From a virus (taxonomy: Duplodnaviria > Caudoviricetes): a DNA stretch of 64,000 bases. Both the position numbers and the translations under genes were made by a program. Where the stretch lies: the IMG/VR virus record IMGVR_UViG_3300028048_000079, positions 32,001 to 96,000 of that record, one strand, 5' to 3'. The notes below the pieces were generated by a model. That model ran no database searches and was not told the DNA's origin. It saw only the letters and a program-made list of their open reading frames with translations. This document shows, one piece after another, positions 57,696 through 64,000 of the stretch (the stretch's first letter is position 1; each line of letters opens with the position of its first letter).

Positions 57696-58187
57696 ATGAA
57701 GAAGTTATTTTACATTATATTATTTAGTTTATGTATTTGTTCTTGCAGCAAGGATGATGATATGTTTAATGAACCGGCATCTATTATTGGTACTTGGCAA
57801 GATAGGGCTTATGGCGAGACATTTATCTTTGGTGAGAATAAAGTTAAACTTATTACTATGACCGGTGATATTATTAATTTAGATTATGTTTTCACGGGTG
57901 ATGAAATTACTTTTACTGAATATGTCTATGTTGATAATAGTGATGTGATTTTGAGTTACAAGAATAAAATAAAAGAACTTGAGAACGAAGTAAAGACTGC
58001 AAGGGGTGAAAGTAGATTAGCATTGCTTGACCGGATTGCATATTTTAGGTCTTTACTATATGAAGCATGTTTAAATCAATCAGATTGTGTTTATACCTAT
58101 TCTTCCAAAGTAACTAAATTCACATTTAATGAATTATCATTTTATATTGATGATACGGAATACAATTTAACAAGAATTAACGATTAA
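57696..58187 (+). CDS. Putative lipoprotein (lipocalin-like start IIGTW)
   Basis: Signal peptide with CSC followed by SKDDD. Confidence 0.65.
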   Translation: MKKLFYIILFSLCICSCSKDDDMFNEPASIIGTWQDRAYGETFIFGENKVKLITMTGDIINLDYVFTGDEITFTEYVYVDNSDVILSYKNKIKELENEVKTARGESRLALLDRIAYFRSLLYEACLNQSDCVYTYSSKVTKFTFNELSFYIDDTEYNLTRIND

Positions 58188-58264
58188 TTAGTATTAATTA
58201 AGTTAAAAGATTCGTTTATATCAGATTTTTGTTGTACCTTTGCATTGTCAAACAAAACAAATAT

Positions 58265-58513
58265 ATGGAAAAGATTTATGTTGTGGTTTATGTATGTGTA
58301 ATGACCTTTTGTGGTGACATTTACACGGAGCAGAAAGTAACACGTAACAAGTATGTAGCCCAGAAATATTTCAACAATTACATCGCTGACATTGCCGAGA
58401 CAACCGGTGATAACATGATAGTTGAGGAAATGGGTAAAACCATATTTGACTATGAGGGTGCAAATGGCGGTAATATGTATCACGTTGAAATTTCAGAAGT
58501 ATATGTAGCATAA
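58265..58513 (+). CDS. Early hypothetical protein (C-terminus YVA)
   Basis: Start refined, after the promoter at 58235. Confidence 0.6.
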   Translation: MEKIYVVVYVCVMTFCGDIYTEQKVTRNKYVAQKYFNNYIADIAETTGDNMIVEEMGKTIFDYEGANGGNMYHVEISEVYVA

Positions 58514-58537
58514 TAAGTAAAAAAAAAATAGATTAAT

Positions 58538-58708
58538 ATGGAAGAACAATTGACATGTTTTGAGGTTGAGACAAAATACAAGAGTGGCCGTATCAGAGTT
58601 GAGACAATCATTTCAAAGAACGAGGAAAGTTTCTGGAAGTATTACGACAGGCATCATAATGTCAAACTGATTGCGGATTCTGTAATTGTGGATGCTTGGC
58701 CGGCATAA
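58538..58708 (+). CDS. Small protein (56 aa)
   Basis: Below the track cut-off: MEEQLTCFEVETKYKSG...DAWPA. Confidence 0.6.
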   Translation: MEEQLTCFEVETKYKSGRIRVETIISKNEESFWKYYDRHHNVKLIADSVIVDAWPA

Positions 58709-58727
58709 TAATTAAAATTCAATTAAT

Positions 58728-59027
58728 ATGGAAAAGACTTATGTGATTGACGATAAGAAACGATGTGTCTATCCTATATGGGGTTGGGCACAATGTTGGA
58801 AAAGTCATTTAAAGGTAGCGGAAGGTCGTAAATACCGACTTAGGACACTTTGGGGTTTTTCTGTTGATACCGAAAATAAGGTTATTGAGGTTAGTGATGG
58901 TCAGCGTAGGGTATTCGATTCAGTATATGCCGGACAAAACGGAAATCCTAATGATATGAAAGATTATTTGGTTTTTTGTGATGCGTTGAAATATCTTAAA
59001 CAAAAGGGTTATAAAACAAATTTTTAA
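58728..59027 (+). CDS. Hypothetical protein
   Basis: 99 aa ORF. Confidence 0.6.
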   Translation: MEKTYVIDDKKRCVYPIWGWAQCWKSHLKVAEGRKYRLRTLWGFSVDTENKVIEVSDGQRRVFDSVYAGQNGNPNDMKDYLVFCDALKYLKQKGYKTNF

Positions 59028-59186
59028 ATATTAATTAGTTAGAAGTAAAAGTATTGATTAATATCTTTTAACGTTTCCTTAACGTTTATTATGGTAAAAT
59101 ATTTGGTAAATTGGAAAAAATGTTGTACCTTTGCAGTACGAAATAAATAAACAACATTATTAATTTAATTAAAAGGAGATTTAGCT

Positions 59187-59489
59187 ATGAAATTTGTTTT
59201 AGGAATTAAACCAAATGTACTTAGTGGATATGGAACACTTAAAGAAGCTCGTAACCGCATTGAGGGTGTTTTGTGTTTTAGTTCTTCTTTCGGAGTTGGC
59301 TACCAAAACTCAATGATAAACACAACCGCAATATATGGCTATAATATTGAGGTTTTCAAGCGAGGTAAACACCACAAGAACAAGCATTACGTTATCTACA
59401 GATATACATTCCCTATTGAAATGTTCAAATTGCTTAATGTAGAGATTAAACAAGGTAGTCGTACATTTAAAATAATACCCAAAAAATAG
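59187..59489 (+). CDS. Hypothetical protein
   Basis: 100 aa ORF after the promoter at 59126. Confidence 0.55.
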   Translation: MKFVLGIKPNVLSGYGTLKEARNRIEGVLCFSSSFGVGYQNSMINTTAIYGYNIEVFKRGKHHKNKHYVIYRYTFPIEMFKLLNVEIKQGSRTFKIIPKK

Positions 59490-59643
59490 GAGATTAGATT
59501 ATGTATATTGCTAAATGAGATTAACAAAAATTAACTATAATTTTTTGGTGAAATCAGAATAATTTCGTATCTTTGCAGTGAATTTAAAAGCGAGGATGGT
59601 GAAAATCGTTAAAAGAGTATCCTGAATTTTAAAAATTTTTATT

Positions 59644-61308
59644 ATGAGCATTATTACACATAAATTAGAAGAATACAACACAATAGAAAGTATTAACGAT
59701 TTGGTTGGTAAAATTAACGAAAAACTTCCTAACAGAAGTGACTGTAAAATTTATCCAAACCAGATGAAGTGCGCAATTAAAGGTATTAAAATGTTTGATA
59801 GTAATTTACCTCGTCCAAATCATTTAGTGGTACAAGGTAAAACACAAGCAGGAAAAACTGGTGTTCTTACTTCTATGATTATGCTTATTGATGAGTTAAA
59901 AATAGAAGGGGCAATGTCAGTTAATACCATATATTATATTACTGGTGACAATGGGTGTAAATTAATTAAACAAACACAAGAAAGAATTAGTCATTGTTTT
60001 ACTGCTGACGGAATCGAATGTGAATTCAAATGCCTCAAAAATTCAGACCTAAAAAATGACATTAGTAATGAACAAGTTCTAACCAATACAATTATCTTCA
60101 TTGATGAAAGTCATTATGGTGTATCAAGTGAAAAAAATATTTTAATAAAATGGTTAGAAAGTAAGGCTATTAATATGCACAATGATAAGGAACTTGTTGA
60201 GAAAAGTGTTTATATTGTATCTAATAGCGCAACCCCATATGGCGAAATAAATTCTGATTGTGGTAAATACAAAAGTTATGTTGCACTTGAAACAGATGAT
60301 TGGAATGGTGAATATGGTTATGTCGGATTTAAAGAATATAACAAAAAAAACTGTTTCCGTACAATTACTTCCCAAATTAATAAGGGTAATGTGGTCGAAA
60401 TGTGTGAACAACTGTCAACTCGCTTAAATGAAATACACACAAATACTGGTAAAATGAAATGTGGTATAATCAGAATGCGTAAAGAAACATTTAAAAAGTG
60501 CCAAGATGTTTTGGAAGAATATTTTCACGTAGAAACATATTTTTCAACAAATGAAAATATTAATTACAGTGATATACAATGGAAAATGGAACACGAATGT
60601 GAAGATTGGGGTAAACCATTAATTTTCGTGGTGGCCGGTGCTTATAGAATGGGCGTTAGTATTCCGTCTACTTGTAAGAAGAATATTGGATTTATCTTTG
60701 ATTATGCAACTGGCAATGCCAAAAATAGTGTTATAACAACAGAGCAAGGATTGCTTGGTCGTGTTACTGGATATTGGAAAACAGATGATTGGTGTGATAT
60801 AACTATATACATAAACGAAAAACATTATAATGGTCTTAAAGCGTGTTATGTAGAACAAGCAATTTCAACACCAATGGCTGATGTTAAACAAAAATTTGTA
60901 CCAAAAGAAGAAGGCACAAAGGTCGGTATTATAAGTGATGATGATTTTATTGAAATTTTTTGTGATGAAAAGTTTGGCGATAAGGAATACAACCATAAGG
61001 TAAAAGAGTTTGTGGAAACAAGTCTTAGAGAAATGGGAAAACCTTTACCAGAAGATATTGTTTGGTTACCTGGTCGAAGAAATGATAAAAGGAACAAGGT
61101 TAGGTTTAGTCAACCAACATTTAGTTTAAAAGAAGATGGTGCTAGGTCGATTTTATCTAAAAAAGAGAACATCAATAAACAATGTTATACAACTTTGTAT
61201 GATATTGATGAAAATACCATTAAGGTTAGATATGGAAAAATCGTAAAAGGTGATTATGTTGAAACCTATGATGAAAATAAGAAAATAATACATACTTTAA
61301 CAACATGA
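59644..61308 (+). CDS. SF2 helicase-like P-loop ATPase
   Basis: QGKTQAGKT, IFIDESH, SAT, QGLLGR. Confidence 0.75.
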   Translation: MSIITHKLEEYNTIESINDLVGKINEKLPNRSDCKIYPNQMKCAIKGIKMFDSNLPRPNHLVVQGKTQAGKTGVLTSMIMLIDELKIEGAMSVNTIYYITGDNGCKLIKQTQERISHCFTADGIECEFKCLKNSDLKNDISNEQVLTNTIIFIDESHYGVSSEKNILIKWLESKAINMHNDKELVEKSVYIVSNSATPYGEINSDCGKYKSYVALETDDWNGEYGYVGFKEYNKKNCFRTITSQINKGNVVEMCEQLSTRLNEIHTNTGKMKCGIIRMRKETFKKCQDVLEEYFHVETYFSTNENINYSDIQWKMEHECEDWGKPLIFVVAGAYRMGVSIPSTCKKNIGFIFDYATGNAKNSVITTEQGLLGRVTGYWKTDDWCDITIYINEKHYNGLKACYVEQAISTPMADVKQKFVPKEEGTKVGIISDDDFIEIFCDEKFGDKEYNHKVKEFVETSLREMGKPLPEDIVWLPGRRNDKRNKVRFSQPTFSLKEDGARSILSKKENINKQCYTTLYDIDENTIKVRYGKIVKGDYVETYDENKKIIHTLTT

Positions 61309-61431
61309 TGTGAAGAGCAATAAAAATAAGGCTATATCCAAACAAGGAACAAGAACTGAAACTAAACAAGGTTTTGGGTTGCTATTGATAGCGTAGTAGT
61401 ATTTAAAGGCGCAAACAAATAATAATATTAT

Positions 61432-61710
61432 ATGAAGATTTCAAAATTACATTCATTTAGTTTTCCTTTGGGAATTAGTGAGGGTGGTGTATTTGTTTAT
61501 GCAACGAATAAGGGTATAACCATTGATGGCGAGGTTGATGGTATATATGATGATGTTGATATTCTGGATGCTCATGATTTGAAAAATGCCATTGATGATG
61601 CAATTCAGAATTGTCCTTCATTGACAGATATTGATAAGGATATGTTTGGAACACATATTGAAGATGTTAATTCGCATATTAGTTATTGGTGGGAGGTGAA
61701 TTATGAATAA
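61432..61710 (+). CDS. Hypothetical protein
   Basis: 92 aa ORF. Confidence 0.55.
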   Translation: MKISKLHSFSFPLGISEGGVFVYATNKGITIDGEVDGIYDDVDILDAHDLKNAIDDAIQNCPSLTDIDKDMFGTHIEDVNSHISYWWEVNYE

Positions 61711-61936
61711 GAATAACATTATTTATTATTTATTGATTTTTATGATAATTGGTATAGTCTTTTCTCTTATTGAGGGTGCAATTATCATGTGCGGAACATT
61801 ATCAACCATTTCTGACAAATTATTTTGGTCTGCAATGAATGTGATGTTATTCATTGGTTGTCCGGTTGGTGTACTATGTATTAACAAGTTATCTGAAACT
61901 GGCGATAAAAGATTACGTGCAAAAGGCTTGATATAA
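61703..61936 (+). CDS. Small two-TM membrane protein
   Basis: Two hydrophobic helices. Confidence 0.55.
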   Translation: MNKNNIIYYLLIFMIIGIVFSLIEGAIIMCGTLSTISDKLFWSAMNVMLFIGCPVGVLCINKLSETGDKRLRAKGLI

Positions 61937-61995
61937 AAAATTAATTAATATGAAAAGAGGACAACATGAAGCTTTAAAATTATCTAATAAAAAAT

Positions 61996-62244
61996 ATGAA
62001 GAATTTTATTTTGTTTTTGTTTATTGGCAGTTTGTTGTTTTTATTCACCGGCTGTTATAAAGATGGCACTAAGCATATTGGTGTTGAGGGCATTCGTTCA
62101 GAAGTATTAGTAAAGGAGATTAACTACAAAGGTCATTCTTACATTGAGTTCAAAGAAGAAGGTACGTATGGCCATGGATGGGTACATAATCCAGAGTGTT
62201 TAACGAATGATATTGGGGAATTATTGAGTAATCAGTATGAGTAG
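61996..62244 (+). CDS. Small lipoprotein
   Basis: Lipobox FTGC; YKGHSYI...HNPEC. Confidence 0.6.
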   Translation: MKNFILFLFIGSLLFLFTGCYKDGTKHIGVEGIRSEVLVKEINYKGHSYIEFKEEGTYGHGWVHNPECLTNDIGELLSNQYE

Positions 62245-62848
62245 GATTTATAAATATTTTTACAATAGGTCTTTAAGGAAGTTTTCTGAAAAGATTAAGG
62301 TTTGGTTGGAGGATAAATCCGGTGATGATTTAATTGAATTGGTTTTAAACTATTATTTCCATAATTTTTCTTCACATGTAAATGATTTAAAGAATATATT
62401 GTATGACATTGAGGAAAGATATCATATAATGTCAAATTATTTTTCAAGGAATGTTTGTCTTTATTCGCCGGAGATTAAAAAATTCTCATTTGACAAGACA
62501 ATAAATGATGGTGAATGGTTAAGTGTAAATAAGGTTTTGCAGAATGGTTTTTGGGAAATGTATAATGTTCCTCACCTTTACAATAAGTTTGGCTTGGTAA
62601 GTTTATATTATGATATATCCTCTGTTACCGGTTATTCCAAGCGTGGTTTTCTGGAATTTATAAGGGAGTGTTATTGTCATTCTTTTAATATCGAGTTTGA
62701 ACCGGTAGTATATCTTTCTGTTAAGGATAAGAATGGCAATGAGTATAAGTTGGATAATACTTTGGCAGTATTTGAATTAGATTTGCTTAGGAATGGGTAT
62801 AGTTTATTGCGTGAAGATGGTTCTAATCTCATATATATCTATGGATAA
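62237..62848 (+). CDS. Hypothetical protein
   Basis: 203 aa ORF. Confidence 0.55.
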   Translation: MSRIYKYFYNRSLRKFSEKIKVWLEDKSGDDLIELVLNYYFHNFSSHVNDLKNILYDIEERYHIMSNYFSRNVCLYSPEIKKFSFDKTINDGEWLSVNKVLQNGFWEMYNVPHLYNKFGLVSLYYDISSVTGYSKRGFLEFIRECYCHSFNIEFEPVVYLSVKDKNGNEYKLDNTLAVFELDLLRNGYSLLREDGSNLIYIYG

Positions 62849-63056
62849 ATTATATCATTTCCTTTGTGGTGTGTTATTTTTTCCGTTTGTGTATATTCAA
62901 TTGCTTTGTTACGAGTTATGGTATAAATTGCAGTTTAAGTTTTTTTCACTTTTAATTAAGTTATATTAACGAGAAATATTTTGATTTCTCGTTTTTTTGC
63001 TGTACCTTTGCATTATCAAAACAAAGCAAATATACTTATTTAAAGAAACTTTGAAT

Positions 63057-63419
63057 ATGAAACAGAAAGAAAAAGAACTTCTTTTAAAGGAGTTGAGTGC
63101 AAGATTGCCTTATCATGTAAGGTGTAAGATATGGCTTAAAGATGGAACAACCGAAGAAGGTTTGTTAGACTTAGAGCATAATTATGGTAATGTATTGCAA
63201 GATGCTTTTTATTATAATAAAATAAAAGACATCAAGCCTTATCTTCGCCCAATGTCAAGTATGACTAATGAGGAAAGAAAAGAATATGAAGCCACATGTA
63301 GTGATTGCTATGAAACATTGGAAACATACGATTGGTTCAATGCACACCATTTTGACTATCGTGGCTTGATACGGATGGGTCTTGCTCTTGAAGCACCAGA
63401 GGGAATGTATAAAAATTGA
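63057..63419 (+). CDS. Phage protein with KPYLRPMSSMT and HHFDYRGLI motifs
   Basis: Start refined, after the promoter at 63003. Confidence 0.65.
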   Translation: MKQKEKELLLKELSARLPYHVRCKIWLKDGTTEEGLLDLEHNYGNVLQDAFYYNKIKDIKPYLRPMSSMTNEERKEYEATCSDCYETLETYDWFNAHHFDYRGLIRMGLALEAPEGMYKN

Positions 63420-63462
63420 TTGATTATAACAAGTGAAGAAATAAAAAAATAGAGAAATAACT

Positions 63463-63816
63463 ATGGGAAAGATTAAGAAAGAAGAATATCCAATAAAGGA
63501 TAATGGATTTGAATATGACGGCAAAACGTATGATTGTCAATTTGCAATTAAGCGTGATGTCAAAATGATTCTGCAAGAAGCCGAAACGTCTCATAAAGAT
63601 ACTTTTGACGAACTTTATGATAGGAATACATTAAGACCGGATAAAATTCGTATATATGTGGATGAAGATAATATTCCTATTTATGGAATGATTATATATC
63701 TTATAGACTATAAAGAAGAAAACAATAGTAGGTATGCTTGTGGTGGATACTATAGATTTGAATTTGATAATTCAGTGCTTTTACCACATCCATATCAAGA
63801 AAGCATTTGTTGGTAA
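63463..63816 (+). CDS. Hypothetical protein
   Basis: 117 aa ORF. Confidence 0.55.
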   Translation: MGKIKKEEYPIKDNGFEYDGKTYDCQFAIKRDVKMILQEAETSHKDTFDELYDRNTLRPDKIRIYVDEDNIPIYGMIIYLIDYKEENNSRYACGGYYRFEFDNSVLLPHPYQESICW

Positions 63817-63830
63817 TAAATGGAATAATT

Positions 63831-64000
63831 ATGGCAACAATTACAGAAGATTACGCTTCGCTTGAGACTGCTAAATTCTTAAAAGAGAAAGGGTTTGAGT
63901 GTAATTATACTATGTTTGCAAAACTCACAAAAGATTTTCTTCTGGTAGATTCTATTCAAGAAATGGATAGAATCATAAACAATACTAGATTAATATTAAA
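63831..64000 (+). CDS. Partial CDS (runs off the window end)
   Basis: MATITEDYASLETAKFLKEKGF... Confidence 0.55.
   Translation, partial: MATITEDYASLETAKFLKEKGFECNYTMFAKLTKDFLLVDSIQEMDRIINNTRLIL

Noticed and set aside
1-64000. Lak-type TAG-to-Gln recoding (genetic code 15)
   Set aside because: Long genes (up to 1165 aa) are intact under code 11 and coding density is high. TAG appears at plausible gene ends, and no suppressor tRNA was seen.
1-64000. Prophage or integrative element boundaries
   Set aside because: No integrase, transposase, att-like duplication or host housekeeping synteny was seen. Clp and helicase genes are interleaved with phage-type genes.

Overview
64 kb of a large, AT-rich lytic phage genome read with the standard genetic code. 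The host is most likely Bacteroidota (probably Prevotella-like): Bacteroidota sigma-A promoters (-33 TTTG / -7 TAnnTTTG) are abundant, starts are A-rich without Shine-Dalgarno sequences, and the lipoproteins are Bacteroidota-type. The window has two parts. (1) 1-40.7 kb mixes host-promoter genes (ClpX, ClpC-like ATPase, dNMP kinase, KTSC protein, ADP-ribosylglycohydrolase-ThyX fusion, UvrD helicase, Dam-family methyltransferase, HAD protein) with genes preceded by a (C/A)TATTTAT box. Most of the latter encode proteins with [ILV]-x-E leader or linker motifs, carrying ADP-ribosyltransferase-like, nucleotidyltransferase, kinase-like, PRTase or zincin domains. They are probably late, head-packaged cargo or core proteins; one is apparently extended by a -1 frameshift. 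(2) A G/C-run element at 40.7-40.9 kb looks like a genome end. It is followed by an early-type region of small genes with about 25 individual promoters, two tRNAs (Arg-CCU, Ile-UAU), two HNH genes and several structured non-coding stretches. The most striking features are: six dispersed, individually promoted copies of a ~36-nt covarying RNA element; ssrA-like C-terminal Ala-Ala ends on half of the first early proteins and on the phage ClpX; and two parS-type sites next to the putative terminus. All functional interpretations come from reading the sequence by eye; no searches or computations were run.
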